64,000 bases of DNA from Phoronis australis (taxonomy: Eukaryota; Animalia; Phoronida): positions 1 to 64,000 of the forward strand of contig NMRA01000523.1 of the NCBI GenBank assembly GCA_002633005.1. Direction: 5' to 3'. The translations under genes and the position numbers were made by a program. Each line of letters opens with the position of its first letter. The first letter of the stretch is position 1. Shown in pieces: positions 14,100-25,521 of the stretch. Below the pieces are notes generated by a model. That model did not search any database. It was not told the origin of the DNA and saw only the letters and a list, made by a program, of their open reading frames with translations.

Positions 14100-15240
14100 G
14101 CAATGGGATGATTACCATCTCTGCTGGAGTCAGTTGAGATGGTGAAACTGTCTAATACGCTGGAAGCTTGTTGGGAAATTATGCCTCATACTGCTGCAAG
14201 TACCTTTTGTGCATAGAATGACACCGTAGGAGGCCACTGAAGTCATTAACTCTTTTCAGCTTGAGTAATCACTCCTACAAGCAAAATTTTTATCGAACAG
14301 TCCTTCGTTCAGTTGCCATTGGCAACTGGCCAGATTTACACTGCTCGCGCTAGAATAAATGACGTCATATTCCTTGGCACAAGCAGTGTAAAAATGGCCA
14401 GCTACCGATGGTAACGGAACAGACGACTGTTCGAAAAAAAATTTGATTGATTGGGAGTATTTGTTTGAGCTGAGAAAGGTTAGACATCAACGACCCCCTA
14501 AGACGTCCCTTGAAAAGCAAAAGGCAATTATAGCAATGTGACTTTGATTCTTTAAACTGTGTGAGGCATAATCTGCTGAAAAGCTTGCGGCACGAGGAAG
14601 ATCTATGGGATGACTATCGTCTCTACTGTTGCCAGTTGAGACGGTATTACCACTACCCGATTAATGTCTTCATCGGAATCTCGACAGTGACCACCCTTTC
14701 TGGCTGGCCCAGTAGAGAGAGTGAAGCTCCTACAGAAGCTTCATACACCAGAAGCTTTTTGGCGAAGTATGCTTCACACTGATTAAACATCAAAGTCACA
14801 TTGTTAAACGTACCTTTTGCACAAAGAGGGACACCTTAGGAAACCGTTGATGTTTTTAATACTTCTAACTCGAACAAAATACTTCCATAATCAAAGTTTT
14901 ACTTTGAACAGTTCTTCGTGCAGTTGCCTAATCAGCAACTGGCCATTTACGACACTGCGAGCACTTCTGGCAGGCACGGTAAAAATAGGATTATGCGTAG
15001 CTATAAAAATGACCAGTGTCCGACTTGGGCAATTGAACGAAGGACAGCTAAAAAAAAGTTAGATTACAGGAGTATTTGTCCGAGCTGGGAGGAAATAAAG
15101 AAATCGATGGCCTCCTAAGGTGTCTATCCATGCACAAAAGGTATCACATGACTAATGTTTTAATTAGTGTGAGACATAATTCACCAAAAAGCTTCCGTCT
15201 CTATTGGGGCCAGCTAGAGATGGTGGTCAATGCCTAATCG
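14100..15240. repeat. Two adjacent copies of a palindromic (foldback) MITE family; partial third copy at ~24960-25200
   Basis: The first copy is symmetric about TGACGTCA at 14360. The shared motifs GTACCTTTTG..GACACC.TAGGA and GCAACTGGCCA recur in both orientations. Confidence 0.75.
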
Positions 15241-17575
15241 CAATCGTTCACAACAAAAAGTAACAACCGAGAACAAATTCTACACAAACTGTGGGTCTGG
15301 GAGTAAAAATTAAAGGTGGCGTTTTAATCCCTAAAGTCAAAGGCTGGCAGATGAAACCTCTCTATAAATATCTTCGCGTGTTCTCCGAGTCTGTTGCAGT
15401 AGCCCACACAGTTGCAGCTAAGACAAATACATAAGGATGCAGTGGACAACACGGTCGGCGCATGATAGGGGGTTGGGGGGATATAGCACCCCCCACCTCA
15501 CTTATTTCCGTGCTCTGCCGCTTATGAACTATGGGCAGTGCCCGAACAACTTTTTCCATCACCAGTGTTATTGCTGGTCATTCACAAAACAATAATTGAT
15601 TAATGGCAAATCACAATCAAGGTCCACATGCGGTGGCCATTTTTGGTGACAAATAAGGTCGTCATATAACTGTAAAAGCTGGGTTATTTTAAAGTACCAT
15701 CATTCCAGGTTTGTAATCGAAAATATTTTTGCACAAGAACCACCAAATAAAATGCTATGGACTGATGCATCAGTAGTATAAAAGGGTACATACACTACAA
15801 CTTGTGGTCACAACCCACTTCTGTCATGCAAAATTCATAAAGTAGCTGTTAATTTAATAACTTCTTGGTCAAATTGAAGAAGAATCACAGACTCAAATAC
15901 GAAAAGTTATTACCATGCTGATCAAGATGTTCTAGATGATGATACATTGCATATATCTAAAAACAGTATAATGAGGACTTCTTCTCTTGCAATATGATTC
16001 TTCCAAAAAGAAAACAGCCAGTAACTATTTTTTTTCAAAAATTTTATTGGTGCTATTTGACTTGTTTTTAATACATCCACTAGTTGGTCAAAATAGTTTA
16101 AGCAATGCTAGGCCCAGTGTTCAACATGTAAACAGTGAAAATGGTACTGAGGGGTACGTACACTACGCAGTCAATCAGCCGTCAAATTTTGACAAAGTTA
16201 CAAATGTATGAGATGGTCTCGAATTTTGTGCTGCCACTCTTTTTGGTTTGCTGCAACCTAATCTGAGACCACAGGCATCACCAGCTTCTGATCGTCCCCA
16301 ATGCACTACATATAGTCCGGTTACCTATTGTCGTCAGGCTCCAAAGGTCGTCCGCCATCTTGTTTCGCGTGCAGCGCAACCACGCGGGACTTAGCGTTCC
16401 AATTTGGAGTGCTCGTGTGCATGTTAGGTACTAACTTATCGGAAGAGACACGTATCAAAGTAATGAGACAAAAATCGGTGAGTTTACCGATTGTTTTTTA
16501 AAACCACTTAAAAATCAGTAGATTTTACTAATACACTTTTTTGTGCGTTTTCAGAAGATGTTTTCGAATTTAAATTTTCTTCCGACGGGACACAAAACAT
16601 GATCCAGGGTTTGTTTATGCAATGTATCTGTTTTTCCCAGGCACTAGTAGGATCTAGAAGGCCAAAGGAAAAATCCGCAGACAAATGCGATACGCTGGGT
16701 TCTTAACATTTTTGCCTCACGCATTCACCATTAAACTGCATTGAAATGTTGTCCAATTGGCTTTTATTGGAAACCACAGTGCAGAGCTCAACATCAAAGC
16801 TTCAAATCGAGTTTATGTCAATAAAAACAGGCTGTTGCAATTTTCATTACTTCGTTGGCCTTTTTCTGCATGTTTCTCAGTTTTTACAAAAGGGGGCAGC
16901 ATATGACGAACTTAGGTGTCACAATAAAATGGCTGCCGAAGGCAGTGCACATTTGAAATAACTCGGCACAAATTAAAGAAAACTTCCGAATCGATGAATG
17001 CGGTATATCTGTGAGAGTTAAATCGAATCCTATTCAGATCATAACTTTGAAGTGGAATAATTCGGTGAGTACAACAGCAAGTCGGTTTTATGCTTAGGCG
17101 GACGACCATGCATTGGGTTCCCGAGTATATAATACAGTGTAGTATTATATGTAGTGTATTGGGGACTATCACTCATCAGAACTTCAGAAGCTAGCTGGGG
17201 ACGCCTGTGGTTTTTTATCCAATCCCAAGTTGGACTTCCCGAAAAAAACTTCCATCTCTGATGGCCAGTGTCGTCTTACAGGTGCTGCACCGCCATATGA
17301 ACCCGACCTTGCGAGTAGGTGCTTCACTCCAACTTCAAGGAAAGCGTGTAGCTGTCGGTAAGGTGAAATCACTTTCAGAGTGCGAAGCGCTGTCAGAGAG
17401 TAGCAGCCTACAGCATGACCTTTACTTCCTGTTTTGTCGCCGAAGTCGAATATAATATTTTTTCTTTCATATTGTAATATTAACAATATTTGTATGCAAT
17501 TTATCAAAGGTACGAAAGAAAATACATATACAAATACGACAAATCTTAAAAAACCGTCTCCGTGATTTTGTTGTA

Positions 17576-17583
17576 TGACGTCA
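17576..17583 (+). promoter_or_regulatory. CRE palindrome (TGACGTCA) upstream of cyclophilin A
   Basis: Perfect TGACGTCA about 110 bp upstream of the ATG. Function is inferred from position only. Confidence 0.4.
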
Positions 17584-17689
17584 GCAGCTGTAGAATCAAG
17601 GTGTGGTTAACCGGTCACCGGCATTCGCCATATTTGTTAACTGCACACGAGTTCGCTCTGTAAAAACAGTCTGATACTCTGACTTTAAA

Positions 17690-18184
17690 ATGTCCAAGCC
17701 AAGGGTGTTTTTTGACATGGCAGTTGGAGGAAGCCCCGTTGGCAGAATAGTCATGGAGCTTCGTGCGGATGTCGTGCCAAAGACAGCTGAGAACTTTCGT
17801 GCTTTGTGCACTGGAGAAAAGGGCTTTGGATACAAAGGAAGCACTTTTCATCGTGTGATACCTGGTTTTATGTGCCAAGGAGGAGACTTCACCAACCATA
17901 ACGGCACGGGTGGAAAGAGTATCTATGGCGCCAAATTTGCGGACGAAAATTTCACTCTGAAGCACACAGGGCCAGGCATTCTGTCGATGGCTAACGCTGG
18001 CCCGGGTACAAACGGCTCTCAGTTTTTTATCTGCACTGCAAAGACTACGTGGTTGGATGGCAAGCACGTGGTTTTTGGATCGGTTGTCGAGGGAATGGAC
18101 GTGGTGAAGCAGATTGAAAGTGTTGGAAGTAAAAGCGGAGCTACTGCTAAGAAGGTGGAAGTTGCAGATAGTGGAGCACTATAA
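17690..18184 (+). CDS. PPIA: Cyclophilin A-type peptidyl-prolyl cis-trans isomerase, intronless CDS
   Basis: 164-aa ORF with [60 protein letters not shown] and [16 protein letters not shown] at 18201. Confidence 0.97.
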   Translation: MSKPRVFFDMAVGGSPVGRIVMELRADVVPKTAENFRALCTGEKGFGYKGSTFHRVIPGFMCQGGDFTNHNGTGGKSIYGAKFADENFTLKHTGPGILSMANAGPGTNGSQFFICTAKTTWLDGKHVVFGSVVEGMDVVKQIESVGSKSGATAKKVEVADSGAL

Positions 18185-21100
18185 CTTCATCAATGCTGTG
18201 AATAAACATTTTCACAATTGAATATGACGTGAACGATTACATTGTATACCATAGTATTTCCAAACAAGTGACCTGGCTCGTTGAAGAATTGGACTAGGAA
18301 TCTTGAATGTTGTGTTCAATACAGCTCCGTAAACAGGCTTTGCTGAGACTTATGCTTTAAAAACAGACTTTTGTTTTAGAAGCAGCTTCAAATTTAATAA
18401 TGGTTGTAGATTTTCTGGTGCAATCACAAACATTGCTTTGGGTGTGCTTTTGTAATAAAGAAATGTATACACACTGTTTCATGGTTCTCTGTTCGCACGC
18501 TGTTTTAGGGCCTTGTTTTATCAGTGGCCCCGAGACTGGTGTTATTTACCATCAATTTGAAAACCATCATAAAACTTTGATTTTAGTTTTCACAGTTCAT
18601 TTACATGACTCTTGGAGGTGGTGTTCGTTCAGTCAGAATATGAAAAATTATTTATTTTTGGTTGGTTGTACAGTTTTCACTCTTATTATAAAATAATACA
18701 GTGTTGCATTTATGACCTGGCTACTAGACTATAAGTCTTGTCTTTGATGGACCTGCTCCGCAGGATGTCTAGTGCTCATCTATATTGGAGGTTTTGACTA
18801 TCCGAACCAGGCAAAGCCTGTTACGTATTTAACAAAGTCCTTTACCTAAGCAGAAAGGTAAAAATTGCTGAACCAGGTGCCATCCCTGCACCCCATCCCC
18901 TTACCCAGGTGGACCTTAAATCGAGTATACTTAGCGCACGTGTACCCGCCCTAGGAACCACTTTCTGTTGTTCGTAGGTGGGACTGCGCTTAAACATAGA
19001 CATGTTTCTGTCTACATATTTATGAAAAAGAAGGAGTGACCCCGAATCATGTGCTTGTTTAAATAATTTGCTCGTTCGAAAGCGCTTTTCGTAAAAATAT
19101 AATAGATTCAGACTAGTTACTAGAGCTTGAATCCCTTGCCCGTAAGAGATTAGAGTTGGGTGAAGTTAAGTAACGCTAGAAACTCGCTAAAAAGAAAGAC
19201 CTCGCGAGATTACGTGAGATTTTGCGGTGTATCTTTAATGAAAGTACGTGAATTTGGCTAGATTTTTCTAACCGCGAGAAAGCTAATGAACTTTATGCTG
19301 ATTTCAGGACTGGGCAAGGATGTGGACGCTGGTTCAGTTAGAAATCCAGATGGCCTCGTACAAAGACGTTGGTCAGTTTAGATGACCTTTGGATAACATT
19401 AGTTTTCTGTTCTTTATACGTTAGGAAGCGGTTAGTGATTGATGTGCGAACGGCTTACTACTGGCAAACACGCAGTTTGGGTCTATATTTTCATGCTTGA
19501 CGCTGGTACTTTAGTTCTCCGACTGTTTTGTATTGTCTTTATGTAAGCCAAATCTGCTGTAGTGGTATCATTCAATACTAATGTCCTGATGTAAAAATGT
19601 CCTTATGTAAGAATCTGATTTAGTGATATTCAATACAAATGTGCTTAGGACTCAATTTTAGTCGGTGCGTTTGTGAAAAGAAATACGCGCCAACGTGTTG
19701 TGGAGCGCGGTCCTAAAATTTTCTCTTCGGAGCAAAGCTCTATAAATATATTTGACGCTTGCCTACATACAGCTGGCCAGAGATACCCAACCGCCTAGTT
19801 TAGGAAAGACCAAAAATTCCGCAGTTTACAGTCTTCAAACTTATGGAAAATTGGGCGACGGCGATTTGCATTCCGGCATCACTCATTACCATCAAGCACT
19901 TGAGAAAGTTATCCAATAAGAAAGCGATCACTCATGGCACGTTCTTGATTTGGAAAATGCTTGCCATTCAAATTAACATACTTTAAGTAACCAATAACAG
20001 AAGCCAGCGGGAAAACCACTGGCAACCATGTCACGTCCTGTGATCATTTAAAGAGGTCAAATCGTCATAAAAGAAGAAGAGTTGTGCTAAGAATGAATGG
20101 ATGAATGGACGTACACAATGACTAAGCGAAATTAGTTGTTGAGATTTTTTCAAAGGTCGTCACTTGTGAAGCTCGCTGTCTTTAAACATGGTTTTTCGCT
20201 TCACATATATTCTGTATTTTACATGAAACAAACCATGTCCCGGTGCCAAAAACATCTGATAGTCTGCGCTTTTGCCCGGCATTTTTGATTTTTGCTCTAG
20301 AATTCGGCAAAAAAAATTCTAAATGCCTATACCGTATATTTTGTTTATCGGCTTGTAATTTATACCTATATGTGCCCGTTAATCGGCGGTATATGCGAAA
20401 CACTAGATTCAAACCGATAGTGAGTAACAAAAAAGCACGAGGGAAGCTTGACAAGTTCGTTATAAAGCTATAGAATGTGTTTTTAAGTGACATTGTATTA
20501 TAATTTTCAAGTAAAGACATGGAAACGCCATGTCAAAGCCATGCATATAACCGTGACGTAGTGGCAGTATGTATAGATAAAGGTGCACTCAATGCGTCTA
20601 CATGTATGTGGGCCTATAATTACGCAAAATCTGACTTATTTGTATTTAGGTGCATGGGTCTGCTGCCTAGATATGGTAGACCTCCTTATACTTATTCAAA
20701 TAATTCGAAAACGTCATGTGGAAGCAAGCAAGTGCAGTGGCCGCAGATCACAATCATTCAACGAAAAAGTGGAAAGCACGCGCAATAAAGTTCCTCTCAG
20801 GCATGGATTGACATGGAAAAATGGATTTGGTTAAAATCGATACAGCAGTGGGAATTCATCTTTTGAGTCGTAATTGAGTGCCAGTTTTGTCTTGCTACGA
20901 ATAAGCCGTTTTTTCACAATTATCAGACTGATGAGATCAGCTTTGCAAGCGCCAGCACTTCAGTTATTGCAAAGACGTTATATATACATGTAGCTAGCCA
21001 GCTAGCTGTATGAAGACTACCGTCGAAATATATTTAGTAAATTGCTTTGCGCCAAGGCTATACACAGCCCAGTCCTCACTGGAATATTCTCGGGTTTATC

Positions 21101-21779
21101 TTTGTTATATAAAATTTACGGCCGGGGTAAACTAACACCCCAAATGTTTACTTTGCAAAGTACCACGACTAAAGATATTGCATAACACACAGTGGCCCCC
21201 CTCTGGGGATTTCTTGGCCGCGATTATGGTGATCATTGGCAAAGTTAATCATCTATAGTTTTTGTGGAAAGGTAACTCTGGATAATGAAAATTATCTCCT
21301 AGGCTGAAAATTCGCAGAAATGTGAAACCCAAGTGAGTGGGAATCGGTGGCAAAAATACAAGTGCACAGTTCTCTGGGTAGCATGCGTACAACACATTAG
21401 TGCACAAATAGAGACTGAGAGATGCGTTTATTTGAATAAATCATGGGTTTAAAATATTGCATTAGTAATAGTAAGGTCGACATGAGGTTCCTGAAATGTT
21501 TCTTTGTGCGCTGAAAGCCAGACACCATCTCACAATAGCAAATTACCAGAACACAATAGAGAACGTGCGCACATCATTAAAATGATAAACTGGTAATAAC
21601 CACTACTTGCATTTGCTGAAAGACATAGTATACTATTTACATCAAAATGAATTATACATACACGTATAGCCTACGTGAACGTACATGTATGTTAACCGAT
21701 CTCTGAAGTGACGTCCACTGTGTAAATATATCGTTTAAACCTGTTGTAGTTGTTCTCGTTTTTGTTGATCTTCATTGTT

Positions 21780-23560
21780 ATACAGTGACATAATACTCTG
21801 AAGAGAGTGTGGTCACTTAAATCAAGAAGAAGAATATTTTGGGAATTTGTCAGGAGTTTCAGTTTTTATTAAGTTTCGCCAGAATTTTCAAACGAAAGAA
21901 ATCCCATTCGAAATACCTGACGATAGTATTGTAAACAATATCTGAACGGGACATTTTCTTAATTTTTGTGGATTGTTTGAAAGTGATCTTTAATGGATCC
22001 ATCTTATAAATGCATAGATAACAGGCAGAGATAAATTGTAAGTTGTATAGCGAAATTATCTTGGAGCAATCACTAGTGTTAGAACGAATACATTCGTTGT
22101 GAGGGCAATTGAACTGATAAATCAACTTAAGTTTTGGCCAACATTCGGACTGGCTTTGTGCACATGTTGTTTTTAACCATAAGATATTTAGTTTTATGGT
22201 TTTGGTAATATATAATTAACAAAAGGCTATCTTCTGGTTTAAAGGTCTTAACTAAGTTGTTATGGATGATCCGTTTAAAACTAGTTCATCTTCAATATAA
22301 CGGGTGAATGGAAACTCCGGTTTAAAATAGAGAGTTTATATCTCAGAGGATATTTGCTGGTTTCATATAAACAAACCTCATCATATGTTTAAGTTGCTTT
22401 CCTGTATAGCTAGGCTACAGAGGATGTAATGCCAGATTCACCATAAATCAACAAGTACGTCTAAGAACCGAAGCTTGTAGCTTACTGATAATCACGCGGG
22501 AATTCTATTACAGAATTTTGCTAAAAAACAAGTTTGATCTCCATCAGCTTATCATGGTTAACGATCATGAAAATATCATCAACATACCTGCTGAGTACAT
22601 CTCTGGAAGACTATCAATAACCTTAGTTTCAAGGTTACTCATGTAATACGGTACCCAGCAAAAGTTGGTATGAGAGGTGATCCAATGGATACACCATTGG
22701 TTTGTAAATACAATTTGCCATCAATGTTTCTAAATGGTACTTATGTCGTACAAAGTAATAGCAAATCTCGTAGTACCTCTTTAGGAATATTAGGAAGAGC
22801 AATTGATACTGACATGGCTATAAGAAGAAATGATTATTTCTACATTTACGACAAAACGGACGTTTGTGAATAGACTTTCAACATCAAGAGATGCAGGATA
22901 GGAATTTGGCGTTGCGTCAGTAGATTTAATTGCGATAAATCTAGAAACTCATCACGAGATTTGACATTGCCCAGTTATAGTCGGGTAAGTACTGTTTGAT
23001 GAGTTTATCTAATGTTTTAGCAACCTCGTAGGTGGGGTTAGAAATGATGGGTCTCACTGGATACTATCGAGGCTTATGTGCTTTAGTTAGGGTTACCGTA
23101 CAAGTATGCTTCTGAAAAACCACCTTCAATTTGGAAATACTTCTTGTGAACGGATAGCTTAATTAAACGGCGTTAATCCTAATTATTTACCGGCGGGGTT
23201 ATGATTTACCGTGACTCTGAAACTTCAGTAGAAGTGACGTCAGAGAGGATGTTATTTAGCTTCTCTTGGTACTCGTGATGACATACGCTGTGGTCTTATC
23301 AGGCTTTCTAATAATGGCTTCATTTGTTTAGCAATTAGGGTTCAATTGTCTAGTTGGAATTTCTTGAGTTCTGGACTCCGTTCTTTAAATCTTCTGTCCC
23401 CCTCTGCCGTTAGTGCCTTGAGTTCGTGTCTTATCCTCGGTATTGTCGTGTCGGTTAGTACTATTAATTTTAGTGCAGATTGACTTGAACTTCTGCGGCC
23501 GGCCGAGCCGAGCCCGGAAATGTGGATGTTCAAGTTGCTCGGGCACCTCAGTCACAAGTC
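21780..23560 (-). mobile_element. Decayed Penelope-like retroelement (RT + GIY-YIG endonuclease) with many frameshifts and stops
   Basis: Minus-strand fragments occur in the expected order: IIRKPDKTTAYVI, YQEKLNNILSD, YLYGNP, VRPIIS, PTYEVAKTLDKLIKQYLP, ASLDVESLFTNV, LYLQTNGVSIGSPL, RYVDDIF, LRFLDVLV, LLIIYY, IYQFNCPHNEC, GSIKDHF, RLKIL. Confidence 0.88.
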
Positions 23561-23972
23561 TCATCACCGTGACGGTCGAGAGTCACGGTGACCAGCTGAG
23601 TGAGAGTTTATTTGCTGGCTACTGAGAGAAGTGAAAATTCTCTGAAGAAAGTTGAAGCCTGCATTAATTGATGTGGAAATGTTTCAGTTCTAGTTGAAAA
23701 AAGACAGGTGACTATAGCTGCATGGCTGATTCCGTCACCGTACAGTTTGTCAGTGCCCACGGTCATCGCAGTGTTCAGCCCCGGCCCGAACCAAGTTACT
23801 ACTCTGTAGCCCCGCGCAGTTTCGTCATCAAGTGCTACTAACGTGCTCACTCAGCGCTTTAGCTCAGAGCAAGAAGTGTAGTATTCTATGCAAACTCCTT
23901 GCTCAGTGCGCCGGTCACGGCGAAAATCCGGGGGCCAGTGCACCGAGCACGCTCAGGAGAAGAACTGGCGTG

Positions 23973-24100
23973 CGTTCAGTAACGCTAGGACGTAGCTAAA
24001 ATTTAACCCGAATCACCTGACCATATTTTAAATACACGTCAATATCTCACGTAATCTCGCGAAGTCTTACTTTTTAGCGAGGTCCTAGCGTTACTGAACG
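23973..24100. mobile_element. ~130-bp mini inverted-repeat element; diverged inverted copy at ~19168-19295
   Basis: 19-bp perfect IR CGTTCAGTAACGCTAGGAC/GTCCTAGCGTTACTGAACG. About 70 bp closely match 19170-19240 in reverse orientation. Confidence 0.7.
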
Positions 24101-24140
24101 AGAGGCTGAAGTGCCGTTATTTAATGATGGCGCTAGTGTA

Positions 24141-24179
24141 CTTCCGAAATGGCGACCACGCAAGTGAACATGTGTGAGT
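24141..24179 (+). promoter_or_regulatory. Putative PWP1 promoter / first non-coding exon (ETS + YY1 motifs, splice donor)
   Basis: CTTCCG at 24141 is directly followed by AAATGGCG (YY1-like), with a GTGAGT donor at 24174. A matching acceptor (tag/tttcag, 25488-25496) lies just before the PWP1 ATG. Confidence 0.5.
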
Positions 24180-25521
24180 CTGTGTGCAGTCTTTGAAAGG
24201 TTAGTTCGTCTACCCTTAGAATTGGAGAACTGGAATGCTAAATCCCGGGAGTTTTGTGGTTCACCATAATGAGACTGAAGCCATCCAGCACAATTAAACA
24301 GAAGCTGAGAACACCTGTGCTGAGAACCAGTTTCATCCACTGTATAGCGGTCCTGTTAGTCACTAACAGGACCGCTATACAGTTAGTGTTATTCAGTGAT
24401 TGCCTGGTTCTTAAATTCTGGCACCACTATAATGACTATATCCGATCAGTGCCCAGCAAATAAATAGCTGAAACAGAAATCAAGTGCTCTGAAACTAAGA
24501 ACTTATTCTCTCGAAGACTTGACCTCTTACTGTTCTCTTGTCACTCTGCCATTTGCATTTTTTAATCTAGCTGTGAACTCGTGGACTAAAGTATTCACTT
24601 CTTTCAGCTCATTGCCATTGCCCGGCATTATGTCATTAGTCAAAAACTATGGATAAATGGAGAATATAACCGGCAAGACCGTTTGCTGTTTTCTAAACAT
24701 GTCGAGGGAATTCGATTTGATTAGTACTAGCACACCAAGAATTTTCCTTCCATTCTTTTGGTTTTTATTCTTTTCACGAAATGGTGAAAAGCCCTCCGGT
24801 GGACCTTCACCTCTGTTTACAGAGCTGAGCATTGCCTATAGCATGCCTAGTGTGAAATAATCTCTGATAAGGCCAACTGGCTGTCTAAGGCTTGATTTGG
24901 CGACCTTGGGCTTGACGCACAGTTGGGCCGTAGTAGAGACGGTGGGGAACCGGAAGCACAGCTATAAGCTGGAAACTTTTTGCTGAATTATGCCTCACAG
25001 TGATTACTAAGTAAACCTTCACATCATTTTGCAAGAACTAATTTAAAGTAGTTTTTTGTAGTTTTTTGCATAGAAGCATACCTTAGGAGGACATTGTTGT
25101 ATTTAACTCAGCCAGAACAAATGCTTCCATAATTAAACTTTTTTCAGATCAATCCTTCTTTCATTTGCCCAAATCGGCAACTGACCATTTTTACAGTACT
25201 CTGTTATGTTATGTTATGGTCAGTAGTAACTCAAGATGTCGCTACCAGTATCTTAGTATATTTCACATGCTCTGTTACCTAGCACTTCCTGTTCCTGTTT
25301 ATGGTTTCATGTACTCTCAATATAATTCCTTAGTCACAATCTTATCGCTCTTCACCAACATAAAAACATAACATACTCGCCCCAATAAAATGACTTGAGA
25401 TTTAGCCAGAAGTATGGTCATGTGCTCCACCCACTCACTGAAAAAAGTGGTTTTGAATGTAATGAATGTGATATTCTGTTTGTTCTATAGTTTCAGTTGT
25501 TGAGCTGCCTTGTCATTGAAA

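Larger units (their letters stand above)
11050..16358 (-). pseudogene. Decayed spliced gene with SGNH-hydrolase-like and SWIM-like segments (probably a transposon accessory gene)
   Basis: Candidate exons 16325-16358(+), 15914-15956, 13654-13756, 12135-12318, and 12065 onward (interrupted by a MITE). Motifs VLIVTGRIL, PHVIVFHAGTSD and IVLSVLLPP. One in-frame TGA at 13661-13663. Confidence 0.5.

Noticed and set aside
17615-18067. 150-aa minus-strand ORF
   Set aside because: It is the antisense shadow of the cyclophilin CDS and has no recognisable motifs.
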